From positions 407,490 to 471,489 of the forward strand of contig OZ220694.1 in assembly GCA_965116525.1 (NCBI GenBank): a DNA stretch of 64,000 nucleotides, given 5' to 3'. Below are positions 18,730 through 28,574 of the stretch, piece after piece; position 1 is the stretch's first letter; each line of letters starts with the position of its first letter. Under the pieces are notes generated by a model. It was not told where the DNA came from. It saw nothing but the letters and a program-made list of their open reading frames with translations, and ran no database searches. The DNA is from an uncultured candidatus Porisulfidus sp. GTDB taxonomy: Bacteria; Pseudomonadota; Gammaproteobacteria; Poriferisulfidales; Poriferisulfidaceae. A program made the translations under genes and the position numbers.

Positions 18730-21219
18730 CTATTCCGCTGCCTCGCCCATCGGGCGCAGCGTCAGCAGCAACGCCGGGAGCAGAGTCAGCGAGGCGACCA
18801 GCGCGGTCAGCATGGCCAGGCCGGTAAACAGTCCGAAGTAGAACGTCGGCACGAAGTTCGACAGCATCAGGATCGAGAATCCGACCACGATGGTCAGCGA
18901 GGTGTAGTACATCGCCCGCCCGATGCTGCCGTGGCAGCGCCACATGGTCGCCCGGTAGTCCCGGTCCTCCGGGAACTCCCGCCGGAAGCGGATGATGTAG
19001 TGGATGGTGTTGTCCACCGCGATGCCGACGCTGATCGCGGCGATGGTGATCGTCATCAGGTCCAGCGGGATGCCGAGCCAGCCCATCGTGCCGAGCACCA
19101 GCAGGGCCGGCAGCATGTTCGGCAGGATCGCGATCAGGGCCAGGCGCAGCGAGCGGAACAGCACCAGGAACATGGCGAGGATGCTCAGGAACACGAAGCC
19201 GATGGTCTGGATCTGCGAAGCGAACAGACTCTGCAGGACATTGTTGTACAGCACCAGCAGGCCGCTTTGGCGATAGCGGGACTCGTCGTAGGCCATCTCC
19301 TCGGCAAGGAAGGCATCAACCCGTTCGATCAGCTCGGCGCGGCGCAGGGTCGTGTCGGAGTCGATCACCCGCAGCTGCACGCGTAGCCGGTTGCCGTCCT
19401 CGGACATGAACGGGCGCAGCAGCACGTCCTGCATGTCCTCCGGCAGGCGGGACAGCCCTTCGCGGAACAGGCTGATCTTGAGGTCGTCCAGGGGCTCGCC
19501 GTCGTTGATGCTCTCGGCCATCCGGATCATGGTGTCCAGCGACAACACCTTGCCTATCTCCGGCTGCGCGTCGAGCCACTCGTGCAGCTGGCGCAACTCG
19601 CCCAGGCGCAGCGGATTGAACCAGTAGCCGGGCGACGACTCCTCGCCCTCCTCCTCCAGGTCTCCGTAGAAATCCTCCTCGAACTCCTCCTCATCCCCGA
19701 CCAGCGCCTCCGGGTCCGCCTCCAGGAGGATGTCGAGCGGCGTGGTCCCGCCCAGGTGCCGGTCGATCTCCAGCATGCCCTGGAAGATCTCGGTGTCGTC
19801 GTCGAAATAGTCGATGAACCGGTTCTCCACGTCCAGGCGCGCCGCGCCGAACGCGCTGACCACCGCCAGCACCGCGGCGATGCCCAGGATCGGTTTGCGG
19901 TGCCGCTCGGTCAGGCGCGCGAACGCCAGGGTGACGCCGCGCGTGAAGTCGCGTTCCTCGCCGTGCGTGCGCGGCAGCAGGACGACCACCGCCGGGAACA
20001 GCAAGAAGATCACGCCGAAGGCCATCGCGATGCCGGCCGTCATCATGTGCCCGAAGTCGATCACCGGGCGGATCCCGCTGATCAGCAGCGACACGAACGC
20101 CACCATGGTCGTCAGGGCCGCGTACAGAATCGGGATGAACATGAAGTGGACGGTGCGGGCGACCAGGTCGCGGGAGCTGCTGTCCGGTTCCTTGGCCTGG
20201 AGTTCGCGGAAGCGCACCATCAAGTGGATCGTCATCGACATGCAGATGATCAGCAGCAGCGACACGAAATTGGAGGAAATCACGGTCACCGGCCAGCGCG
20301 CCAGCGCCAGGGTGCCCATCATCAGCACCACCGAAGCCGCGCAGGCCGCCAGCGGCAGCAGGATCCAGCGCAGGCGGCGGAAGATCACCGTCAACATCAA
20401 AATCAGGAATACGAACACGCTGAGGCCGAAGGTCCGCAGGTCGCTGCCGATGAAGTCGATCATGTCGCTCGCGATCATCGCGACGCCGCCGAGGAAGATG
20501 CGCGCGCCCTCGCGGTGGCGGTCGAGCACCGCCCGGACTTCGGCGACGTTGCGGGCCCGCTGCTCGGCGACGACGGCCATGTGGTCGGCGTACTGCCGGG
20601 TCACCGCCTCCAGACGCTGTCGGCCCGCCTCGTCCAGGGTCCCCTCGTCGCGGGCATCGCGAAGCCGGGTGCGCTCGCGCAGCAGGTCGTTGCCGGTCGT
20701 GTCGGTCTTCAGGTAGACCGCGAGCGCGGTGGTCTCGCCGTCCTTGCTCATCAGCATGTCGCTGTAGAACGGGCTGGTGGCCAGTTCGCGGTGCGCCAGC
20801 TCCCGGTCCACGTCGGCATCGCGCAGGGTGCGGTTGGTGCTGCCGAGCTCGGTGAAGTCGATCGGCGGGGAGTTCAATAGCGGCACGTCCAGGATGGTGA
20901 CCACGTCCTCAACCGCGGGCACCGCCAGCAGGTCCTCGCGCAGGGCCTCCAGGCTCTCCAGCATGGCCGGGTCGAGCATCGGCGCGTGCGGGTTGTAGGT
21001 GACGAACAGGAAGTCCCGGGTGCCGTACTGCTCAAGCACCTTGCGGTAGTAGCGCAGGTCCTCGTCGCCCTCCAGCAGCAGGGAATCGGATGAGGCGTCC
21101 AGCCGGAAGTTGCCGGCCTGCGTGACCATGACGGCCACCACCGCGCCCAGAAACACTAGTACCGCCCACGGGCGATCCAGCACCAGACGGTCGTAGAAGG
21201 CGCGCAGCCGGTCAATCAT
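18730..21219 (-). CDS. MMPL/RND-family lipid exporter
   Basis: Two-repeat RND topology; ISVGIAVDNTIH, ALTTMVAFVSL and YFDDDT...LGGTTPLDI. Confidence 0.88.
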   Translation of the reverse strand: MIDRLRAFYDRLVLDRPWAVLVFLGAVVAVMVTQAGNFRLDASSDSLLLEGDEDLRYYRKVLEQYGTRDFLFVTYNPHAPMLDPAMLESLEALREDLLAVPAVEDVVTILDVPLLNSPPIDFTELGSTNRTLRDADVDRELAHRELATSPFYSDMLMSKDGETTALAVYLKTDTTGNDLLRERTRLRDARDEGTLDEAGRQRLEAVTRQYADHMAVVAEQRARNVAEVRAVLDRHREGARIFLGGVAMIASDMIDFIGSDLRTFGLSVFVFLILMLTVIFRRLRWILLPLAACAASVVLMMGTLALARWPVTVISSNFVSLLLIICMSMTIHLMVRFRELQAKEPDSSSRDLVARTVHFMFIPILYAALTTMVAFVSLLISGIRPVIDFGHMMTAGIAMAFGVIFLLFPAVVVLLPRTHGEERDFTRGVTLAFARLTERHRKPILGIAAVLAVVSAFGAARLDVENRFIDYFDDDTEIFQGMLEIDRHLGGTTPLDILLEADPEALVGDEEEFEEDFYGDLEEEGEESSPGYWFNPLRLGELRQLHEWLDAQPEIGKVLSLDTMIRMAESINDGEPLDDLKISLFREGLSRLPEDMQDVLLRPFMSEDGNRLRVQLRVIDSDTTLRRAELIERVDAFLAEEMAYDESRYRQSGLLVLYNNVLQSLFASQIQTIGFVFLSILAMFLVLFRSLRLALIAILPNMLPALLVLGTMGWLGIPLDLMTITIAAISVGIAVDNTIHYIIRFRREFPEDRDYRATMWRCHGSIGRAMYYTSLTIVVGFSILMLSNFVPTFYFGLFTGLAMLTALVASLTLLPALLLTLRPMGEAAE

Positions 21220-21509
21220 GGAGAGGAAAATGCGCGGCAGGCAGGTTCTGGAATTCGGGGAAGAAACGGCATCCCGACCTCAACGGATCGGCAACACTCC
21301 CGAGACCGATGGAAGCCGGAACAGGGCTACATCAACGCGCATTTGACTAGTCTACCAAAATCCCACAGGCGCGACGGACTCCTGTGCACAGCCGCAAGAC
21401 CGCCCCTCCGTGGGGTAAAATCGCAGTCCCGCCGGCACCCTTTCCCTGACCCTTGCAGCGAAGGCGGCGGCCTCCCCCGCCCCGCCGAACATAGACCTCG
21501 ATTGCACCC

Positions 21510-22460
21510 ATGCTCCTGACCTACCTGATCGCCGTCGTCATCGGATTCGTGGTCCTGGCCTGGAGCGCCGACCGGCTGGTCGAGGGCTCGTCCTCCCTGG
21601 CCCGCCAGCTGAACGTCTCGGCCTTCACCATCGGCGTGGTGATCCTGGGATTCGGCACCAGTCTCCCGGAGCTTTTGGTCTCCGCGACGGCTGCCGCCCG
21701 CGGCAGCGGCGGCATCGCGATCGGCAACGCCTTCGGCTCCAACATCGCCAACATCGCGCTGATCCTGGGCGTCTCGGCGCTGATCCTCCCGCTCGCCGCC
21801 GACCGGACCCTGGTGCGACGCGACATCCCCCTGATTTTGCTCGGCACGGCGGGCGTGTTCCTGGTCCTCTCGGATCTGGTGCTGGAACGCTGGGAAGGCA
21901 TCCTCCTGATGCTCGCCCTGGCCGGGATCATCACCCTGATCGTGCGCAGCGGACAGGCGGCCGCCCCGATTACCAGCCGACAGGCCGAACACACCACCCT
22001 GAACGCCCTGGCCCTGGTCCTGCTCGGGCTGGTCCTCCTGCTTGGCAGCGCCTGGGCACTGGTCTGGGCCTCCGTCGGGCTGGCCCGGATGCTGGAAGTG
22101 GACGAACTGCTGGTCGGCCTGACCCTGGTCGCCATCGGCACATCTCTGCCGGAACTCGCCGCATCTCTGGCATCGCTGAAACGCGCTGAGGGCAGCGGAC
22201 TCATCCTCGGCAATGTGGTCGGCTCCAACCTGTTCAACACCCTCGGCGTGGTCGGGGTTCCCGCCGCCATCCGCCCATTCTCGGTGTCGCCGATGCTGTG
22301 GTACGACGGCCTGATCATGCTGGGACTCACCGCCCTGCTCGGCTTCCTCCTGTTCCGCCGGGGGAGCTTCCGGCTCACCCGGCCCGGCGCAATCCTGCTA
22401 TTGTTGTGCTATATAGGCTACTTGGGCTGGAACGCAGACCGCATGATGGTGCCCGTATGA
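21510..22460 (+). CDS. yrbG: Calcium/sodium antiporter (YrbG family)
   Basis: Two alpha repeats: GFGTSLPEL...GNAFGSNIAN and AIGTSLPEL...GNVVGSNLFN. Confidence 0.9.
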   Translation: MLLTYLIAVVIGFVVLAWSADRLVEGSSSLARQLNVSAFTIGVVILGFGTSLPELLVSATAAARGSGGIAIGNAFGSNIANIALILGVSALILPLAADRTLVRRDIPLILLGTAGVFLVLSDLVLERWEGILLMLALAGIITLIVRSGQAAAPITSRQAEHTTLNALALVLLGLVLLLGSAWALVWASVGLARMLEVDELLVGLTLVAIGTSLPELAASLASLKRAEGSGLILGNVVGSNLFNTLGVVGVPAAIRPFSVSPMLWYDGLIMLGLTALLGFLLFRRGSFRLTRPGAILLLLCYIGYLGWNADRMMVPV

Positions 22461-23437
22461 CCGACTCTGACCACACTTCGGACATTCTGGAAGTCGCCCG
22501 CGACGTGCTGCGGCAGGAAGCGGACACGGTCCGCGGCCTGGCGGACCATACCGGCGAGAGCTTCGTCGAGTGCTGCCAGTTGCTGAGCAAGTGCACCGGG
22601 CACATCATCGTCATCGGCATGGGCAAGTCCGGCCACATCGGGCAGAAGATCGCCGCCACCTTCGCCAGCACCGGCAGCCCCTCGTTCTTCGTCCACCCGG
22701 CCGAAGCCAACCACGGCGACCTTGGCATGATCACCCGCAACGACGTCGTGCTGACCCTGTCCAACTCCGGCGAGACCGAAGAGCTGCTGAACCTGCTGCC
22801 GCTGGTGCGCCAGATCGGCGCCACCATCATCGCGCTGACCGGCCAGCCGGAATCCTCGCTGGCCCGCAAGGCCGACCTGCACCTGGAGATCCCGGTGGAG
22901 CGCGAGGCCTGCCCGCTCAACCTCGCCCCCACCTCCAGCACCACCGCCACGCTCGCCATGGGCGATGCGCTCGCCGTCGCCCTGATGCATGTCCACGGCT
23001 TCAAGCCGGAGGACTTCGCGAGCACCCACCCGGGCGGCAGCCTGGGCCGGCAGCTGCTGACCACGGTCCGCGACGTGATGCGCGACGGCAAGAACATCCC
23101 GAAAGTCACCGTCGGCACCCTGCTGCGGGACGCCCTGCCCGAAATCTCCGAGAAAGGGCTCGGCATGACGACCGTGCTGGATGCGGACGGACAGGTCGTC
23201 GGGGTCTTCACCGACGGCGACCTGCGCCGCTGCCTGGCGGACGAGGTGGACGTCCACGTCACGGCGGTGGACCAGGTGATGACGCGGGACTTCCAGACTG
23301 CGGCACCGGACGAACTCGCCCGGGACGTGCTGCACCGGATGCGGGACCGCCGCTACAACGCCACCCCGGTCATGCAGGACGGCCAACTGGTCGGCGTGCT
23401 CAACATGCACGACCTGATCGCGGCCGGGCTTCGATGA
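22457..23437 (+). CDS. kdsD: Arabinose-5-phosphate isomerase
   Basis: GMGKSGHIG.K, HPAEA.HGDLG, EACPLNLAPT.STT, HPGG.LG and a CBS pair; ATGA overlap with yrbG. Confidence 0.95.
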   Translation: MTDSDHTSDILEVARDVLRQEADTVRGLADHTGESFVECCQLLSKCTGHIIVIGMGKSGHIGQKIAATFASTGSPSFFVHPAEANHGDLGMITRNDVVLTLSNSGETEELLNLLPLVRQIGATIIALTGQPESSLARKADLHLEIPVEREACPLNLAPTSSTTATLAMGDALAVALMHVHGFKPEDFASTHPGGSLGRQLLTTVRDVMRDGKNIPKVTVGTLLRDALPEISEKGLGMTTVLDADGQVVGVFTDGDLRRCLADEVDVHVTAVDQVMTRDFQTAAPDELARDVLHRMRDRRYNATPVMQDGQLVGVLNMHDLIAAGLR

Positions 23438-23904
23438 ACCCCGAGGACGTCAAGCTCCTGATCCTGGACGTCGACGGCGTCCTGACCGACGGTCACCTGT
23501 ACCTTTCCGAGGACGGCACCGAAACCAAGTGCTTCCATGTGCACGACGGCCAGGGACTGGTCCTGCTGTACGACGTCAACGTGCAGATCGCGGTGATCAG
23601 CGCACGGAAGAGCGATGCGACCCGGCAGCGGTTGCAGGAACTGGAAATCGGCGAGGTCATCCTCGGCTGCGACGACAAGTACGCCGAGGCCTGCGCCGTC
23701 ATCGAACGAGTGGGCTGTACCTGGGCGGAAGTCGTCTGCATCGGCGACGACGTCACCGACATCCCCCTGCTTGAGGCCGCCGGCATGGGTGTGGCGGTGG
23801 CGGATGCCCGCCCGCCAGTCCGTGAGGCCGCGGACTGGGTCACCCCGAGCCCGGGCGGCCGCGGCGCGGTGCGCGATGTGTGCGACTGGATCCTCCAGAG
23901 ATGA
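23434..23904 (+). CDS. kdsC: KDO 8-phosphate phosphatase
   Basis: LLILDVDGVLTDG, F.V.DG.G, IGDDVTD and GGRGAVRDVCD. Confidence 0.93.
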   Translation: MNPEDVKLLILDVDGVLTDGHLYLSEDGTETKCFHVHDGQGLVLLYDVNVQIAVISARKSDATRQRLQELEIGEVILGCDDKYAEACAVIERVGCTWAEVVCIGDDVTDIPLLEAAGMGVAVADARPPVREAADWVTPSPGGRGAVRDVCDWILQR

Positions 23905-24944
23905 AGAAATTCCGCCTGCTGCTCATCCTGCTGCTGGCGGCCGCCCTCGCCGTCGGCTTGTGGGCCCTGGCCCGCATGCCCGCCCCACAGGAAGCCGCCC
24001 TGACTCCCGACCGGGAAACCCCCGAAAACAGCTACATGCAAGTCCGCCACCGGATCCGGGACCTGCAGGGGGAACTGCTCTACGAAGTCGCCGCCGAGCG
24101 GCTGGACCAGTACCCCGACAGCCAGGTCCTGCGCCTGGACCTGCCCCGGCTGCACTGGCTCGACCCCGCGTACGAGAATTCCGCGGCCTCGGCCCGACAC
24201 GGAGAGATCCGGGAGTTCCAGGTCGTCCTGAACGGAGACGTGGAACTCCAGCTGGACCCGCCGGAGCACTCCCCCACCCTGATGCACGGCGAATCGCTGA
24301 CCCTGGATTCGGAACACGAACGGGTCTACAGCGACCAGGCCGTGGTGGTCAGCCAGTCCCATGCGGTGATGCGCGGCGTCGGGCTGGACTACCGGCTGGA
24401 CGGCTCGGGCGGCCAGCTCGAACGGGACGTGAAAGTCCGCCAGTTCCCGCCGGACGCGCAACAGCCGACGCAAGCGTTGCTGCAAAAGGTCCTGGAGGAA
24501 GCCTTCGGTGTCGCACACGCGCAGGAACCCCCGGAGGACACGCTCGACCTGAGCGCGGACCGGATGGAATGGGATTCTCAGAAGGAAGTCAGCGTCTACC
24601 GCGGAAACGTGCGCGCCAAGCAGGGCGAGATGATCCTACTCGCCGAGCAACTCACGGTGATCTCCGACGATGATCGCGTGCAGGCCCTGCACGCCGAGGG
24701 CAATGCCCGCTGGACCCAGATCCTAGACTCCGGCAAACCGCTGCGCGCGAGTGCCGGCAGTATCCTCTACCAGATCCGGCAGCGCAAGGCGATCATGAAG
24801 AAGAACGTCAACCTGCGCGTCGACGCGCACCAGTTCACAGGGGAAGAAGTCATCTACCTGATCGACGAGGAACGCGTCGAGACCCCCGTCACCCGGAAGC
24901 CCTCCGAACGGGTCCGGATTCGGCTGAAGACCGACTCCGATTAA
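23901..24944 (+). CDS. lptC-lptA: In-frame LptC-LptA fusion (N-terminal TM anchor, LptC beta-jellyroll, linker, LptA/OstA domain)
   Basis: A single ORF fills the lptC and lptA slots between kdsC and lptB. The second half (LSADRMEWD...[10 protein letters not shown]...L.AE.L.V...AEGNA) is LptA-like. Confidence 0.75.
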   Translation: MKKFRLLLILLLAAALAVGLWALARMPAPQEAALTPDRETPENSYMQVRHRIRDLQGELLYEVAAERLDQYPDSQVLRLDLPRLHWLDPAYENSAASARHGEIREFQVVLNGDVELQLDPPEHSPTLMHGESLTLDSEHERVYSDQAVVVSQSHAVMRGVGLDYRLDGSGGQLERDVKVRQFPPDAQQPTQALLQKVLEEAFGVAHAQEPPEDTLDLSADRMEWDSQKEVSVYRGNVRAKQGEMILLAEQLTVISDDDRVQALHAEGNARWTQILDSGKPLRASAGSILYQIRQRKAIMKKNVNLRVDAHQFTGEEVIYLIDEERVETPVTRKPSERVRIRLKTDSD

Positions 24945-25666
24945 TGGCCACGCTCGAAGCCCAGGGACTGTGCAAGTCCTACCGCGACCGGCAGGTCGTC
25001 TCGGAGGTCACGCTGCGTGCGAACGACCACGAAGTGGTCGGGCTGCTCGGCCCGAACGGCGCGGGCAAGACCACCTGCTTCTACATGATCACGGGGCTGG
25101 TGCCCTGCGACCAAGGCCAGATCCTGCTGGACGGCCAGGACATCACCGGGCTGTCCATGAGCCGCCGCTCCCGCGCCGGCATCGGCTACCTGCCCCAGGA
25201 ACCCTCCGTGTTCCGCCGCCTGACGGTGGAGGAAAATGTCCTGGGCGTGCTCGAGCAACTGCCCCTGTCGAAGACGGAACAAAAGGAACGCCTGGAGCTC
25301 CTGCTTGAAGAGTTCTCCATCGACGGGATTCGGGACAGCCGCGGATTTTCATTGTCGGGCGGCGAACGGCGGCGGGTCGAGATCGCCCGCGCGCTGGCCA
25401 TGGACCCCGCCTTCATCCTGCTAGACGAACCGTTCGCCGGTATCGATCCCCTGCACGTGGCCGACATCAAGTCGATCATCCAGCAACTCCAGGAACGCGG
25501 CATCGGCATCATCATCACCGACCACAACGTGCGCGAGACCCTCAGCATCTGCCGCCGCGCCTACATCCTCTCGGAAGGATGCACCATCGCCGAGGGCGAG
25601 CCGGGAGAGATCCTGGAAAATCCGCAGGTCCGCGAAACCTACCTGGGCGCCGACTTCCGGCTCTGA
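24944..25666 (+). CDS. lptB: LPS export ABC transporter ATPase
   Basis: [54 protein letters not shown] and [10 protein letters not shown]. Confidence 0.97.
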   Translation: MATLEAQGLCKSYRDRQVVSEVTLRANDHEVVGLLGPNGAGKTTCFYMITGLVPCDQGQILLDGQDITGLSMSRRSRAGIGYLPQEPSVFRRLTVEENVLGVLEQLPLSKTEQKERLELLLEEFSIDGIRDSRGFSLSGGERRRVEIARALAMDPAFILLDEPFAGIDPLHVADIKSIIQQLQERGIGIIITDHNVRETLSICRRAYILSEGCTIAEGEPGEILENPQVRETYLGADFRL

Positions 25667-25837
25667 GGCGGAAACGATAGTTACGTTCTTTTTCGGTGCA
25701 TGGGCTCGCGCCTATGCACACCTCCCCCAAGATAGTAAAGCGAAAGATCTCAAGAGTTTCTTCCCAAGACCCTGCGGCCCGCCAGCGAAATGACGGGGGT
25801 AGTCGGTGTAATCAGCCGCGCCCGTTGTCCGGCAACC

Positions 25838-26890
25838 TCAATAGCTGTGTTCTTTTCCCGACTTCTCGGAGTGGCCCTCATGCCCTTTCCCGTGCTTATG
25901 CCTGCCCTTGCGGCATTTCTTGGGCTTGGGATCACTTTCGGACACGACGCCATCTTCATTCGTGTCGTGGCGCGAAAATATCTTCTGCCCTGAAACCTGG
26001 TACTCCTCGAAGCTCATCTCGCCATTCCCGTCCTTGTCCAGCATCCCGAAGCGCGCCTTCGCCCGCTTCAGTTTTTTCTTCCGGGCCTTCTCGGCCGCCT
26101 CGTCCAAACGGTTACCGAACTCCAGCACATACTCCTCCGGGTTCAGCGTCCCGTCCCCGTTCTCGTCCGTCCTGTCAAAGTCGGCGCGGCGCTGGGCGCT
26201 GAATTCCTCGTGCGTGATCGCACCGTCCTTATCGGTATCGTACTTCCGCATCATCCCTTTCTTGCTGTGAGTGGTCGGCATGTGAATGACCCGCTTCGCA
26301 TGCTTTTTCCACATGCCCTTGTGCTTACCGTGCTTGTGGCCCTTGCCGTGCTCGTGATCGTGGCCGGCACCTGCCTTGTCTCCCTTCCCTTTGCCTTTGT
26401 AGCCCTTGCACTTATGTTTGCAACTGTGCTTGGGGCGCGGGTCGTCCGCGTTGATGACGCCATTTTCGTCCCCGTCAAACCGCTTGAAACTGCGTTCGCC
26501 GGACGCTTCGTATTCCTCCCACTCTATCTGTTCGCTGTCGTCCTTGTCCAGGGCGTCAAAGCGCCGGTGGGTCCGCTTGATGTGTCCCTTGCGCTCCTTT
26601 TTGATTTTCTTGTCCAGGCGGTTGGCGCACCCCTGAACGTACTCGTCGACATCGACCAGGCCATTGCCGTTTTCATCAGGCAGGTCGTAGCGAGCCCGGC
26701 GCGCCTGCTCGAATTCATCCGCGGTCACCTGGGCATCATCGTTCTGGTCATACCGCTCGATAAATGAACTCTGGCCATGGTGCCCCTTATGGTGTCTCTC
26801 CTTGTGTCCTCCATAGTCTCCGGCAACTGCGAGACTTGCAGCGGCAGTCAACATGACAGCCGACACTAAAGCAAAACATTTCGATTTCAT
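25838..26890 (-). CDS. Secreted EF-hand protein (8 loops in two duplicated halves) with His/Lys-rich segments
   Basis: Signal peptide; loops DQNDDAQVTADE, DENGNGLVDVDE, DKDDSEQIEWEE, DGDENGVINADD, DTDKDGAITHEE, DENGDGTLNPEE, DKDGNGEMSFEE and DTNEDGVVSESD. Confidence 0.88.
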   Translation of the reverse strand: MKSKCFALVSAVMLTAAASLAVAGDYGGHKERHHKGHHGQSSFIERYDQNDDAQVTADEFEQARRARYDLPDENGNGLVDVDEYVQGCANRLDKKIKKERKGHIKRTHRRFDALDKDDSEQIEWEEYEASGERSFKRFDGDENGVINADDPRPKHSCKHKCKGYKGKGKGDKAGAGHDHEHGKGHKHGKHKGMWKKHAKRVIHMPTTHSKKGMMRKYDTDKDGAITHEEFSAQRRADFDRTDENGDGTLNPEEYVLEFGNRLDEAAEKARKKKLKRAKARFGMLDKDGNGEMSFEEYQVSGQKIFSRHDTNEDGVVSESDPKPKKCRKGRHKHGKGHEGHSEKSGKEHSY

Positions 26891-26947
26891 TGGGGTGACC
26901 TCTTGTCTTTACATTATTCAGGGAAACAGCGACAGGGAATTCCATCC

Positions 26948-26962
26948 CCTATTGTCAATAGG
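26948..26962. promoter_or_regulatory. Perfect palindrome upstream of the EF-hand gene (candidate operator)
   Basis: CCTATTG-T-CAATAGG, overlapping a loosely Fur-box-like AATAGGAATGATAG. Confidence 0.35.
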
Positions 26963-27052
26963 AATGATAGCAAACGGCTTCTTTGCCCCAATGTCTTGGG
27001 AAAACACCGAAGCCTTGTCGGAGGGCATTGCCCAAAACTGATTTTCGGCCTC

Positions 27053-28513
27053 TCAACAACTCCGGTTGCACTTCCCGCCGGCATCCTTGAGAACTTGGGA
27101 CCAATCCGACCCCTTATTTTCCGAGTGATGGTCCAAGGGGGTCTCCCCTCCCTTGTCTTCCGCATTCACATCCGCGCCAGCGTCCAGTAGTGCCTGCGCG
27201 ATTTCCGGATTCGGGTTGCTCTCCCCCGCCAAATGCAGAGGTGTTGCCCCCTCGGTATTCCTCGCCCCCACTTCTGCGCCTGCATCTAACAGCAGCTTGG
27301 CAACCATCAGGTTTTCATTGCGCCCCACTGCAAAATGCAGAGGGGTCATTCCACGATCGGTCTTCGCATTCACCGCCGCGCCCGCTTCCAGCAGCGCCCG
27401 CACAACTGCCAGATTCCGCTGGTGTGCCTCCTCAGTCTCGTCGGCACCCATAAGACGCACAACTTCTAGAGCCCTCCTACTGTAGCCAGCCGCAACGTGC
27501 AAAGGCGTCGTTCCCTCTCTATTCATTGCGTCAATCGCCGCGCCTGCACCCAGCAACGCCTGCACAACCGCCAAATTCTGGTTGTATTCCGCCGCAAAAT
27601 GCAAGGGCGTGTCACCAAGTTCGGTTGTCGCATTGACATCCATGCCAGCGTCGATCAACACCTGCGCAACCGCCGGATTCTGGTTGCCCCCTGCCGCCTG
27701 GTGCAACAGTGTTTGATCCTGGTGATCCCTTGATTCGGCCACCGCGCCTGCATCCAACAGCATCTGCACGACTGCCGGGTTTTCGTTGCTTTCGACCGCA
27801 AAATGCAAGGGGGTTCTGCCAGAACGGTCTTTCGCGCCTACGTTGACCCTGGCATCTAAAAATGCCTGGATAACTTCAGGAGGCTGGTTACCGGCCGCAA
27901 GATGGAAAGACGTCGTGCCCACCATACCTTCCTCGTTCACCTCTGCGCCAGCATCTACCAATGCCCGTACAACCATTGGATTCGAATTGTTCAATACCGC
28001 TAAATGCAAAGGAGTCACCTTGGGTTCGCCTTCCGGATTCACTTCGGCACCGGCATCCAAAAGCATCTGGACAATTGCGACGTGCGGGTTGAGAGCCGCA
28101 AGGTGCAAGGGTGTCTGGCTTCCCATAACCGTTGCATTCACGTCAGCACCCGCATCCAGCAAAACCCGAACAATCACCGGATCCTCACTGATTTTTGCCG
28201 CAAGGTGCAGAGGCATCAGGGTATCCTCCCAAGCCCTCTCAATTTCGTCGTTGGCAGCGTCCAACTCGGCTGAAGTAAGAGGCCGGTCTCGCACACGTTC
28301 GTTCACTTGCTCAATCATTTGCTGTAGAAGCATCAGGCTAACCTCGGTTTTCGCATTCACATCCACGCCGGCGCTCAGCAAGCCTTTTACTTCGGAGAGA
28401 TCTCCTGCCCTGATCGCCTTGTGCAAGGGAGACTCGGTCAGCACTGGCCGCGCAACCGCCAGCGTTAGGCCGATCACGACCAAAGTGAATGCGGCTACCC
28501 TTCCTGCTCTCAT
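27053..28513 (-). CDS. Secreted ankyrin-repeat protein (about 12 repeats)
   Basis: Repeated TPLH.A...N....V..LLDAGA.VNA; AGGGGAG Shine-Dalgarno before the ATG at 28513; signal peptide; ends DAGGKCNRSC. Confidence 0.92.
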   Translation of the reverse strand: MRAGRVAAFTLVVIGLTLAVARPVLTESPLHKAIRAGDLSEVKGLLSAGVDVNAKTEVSLMLLQQMIEQVNERVRDRPLTSAELDAANDEIERAWEDTLMPLHLAAKISEDPVIVRVLLDAGADVNATVMGSQTPLHLAALNPHVAIVQMLLDAGAEVNPEGEPKVTPLHLAVLNNSNPMVVRALVDAGAEVNEEGMVGTTSFHLAAGNQPPEVIQAFLDARVNVGAKDRSGRTPLHFAVESNENPAVVQMLLDAGAVAESRDHQDQTLLHQAAGGNQNPAVAQVLIDAGMDVNATTELGDTPLHFAAEYNQNLAVVQALLGAGAAIDAMNREGTTPLHVAAGYSRRALEVVRLMGADETEEAHQRNLAVVRALLEAGAAVNAKTDRGMTPLHFAVGRNENLMVAKLLLDAGAEVGARNTEGATPLHLAGESNPNPEIAQALLDAGADVNAEDKGGETPLDHHSENKGSDWSQVLKDAGGKCNRSC

Positions 28514-28574
28514 GTCGACTCCCCTACGAACCGGGAACATCGTAGAACAAAATAATCACGATGCCTCTACCCGG

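Noticed and set aside
25667-25837. Possible rpoN remnant after lptB or before hpf (29445-29571)
   Set aside because: I found no RpoN N-terminal or RpoN-box peptide by eye, so it is not called as a pseudogene.
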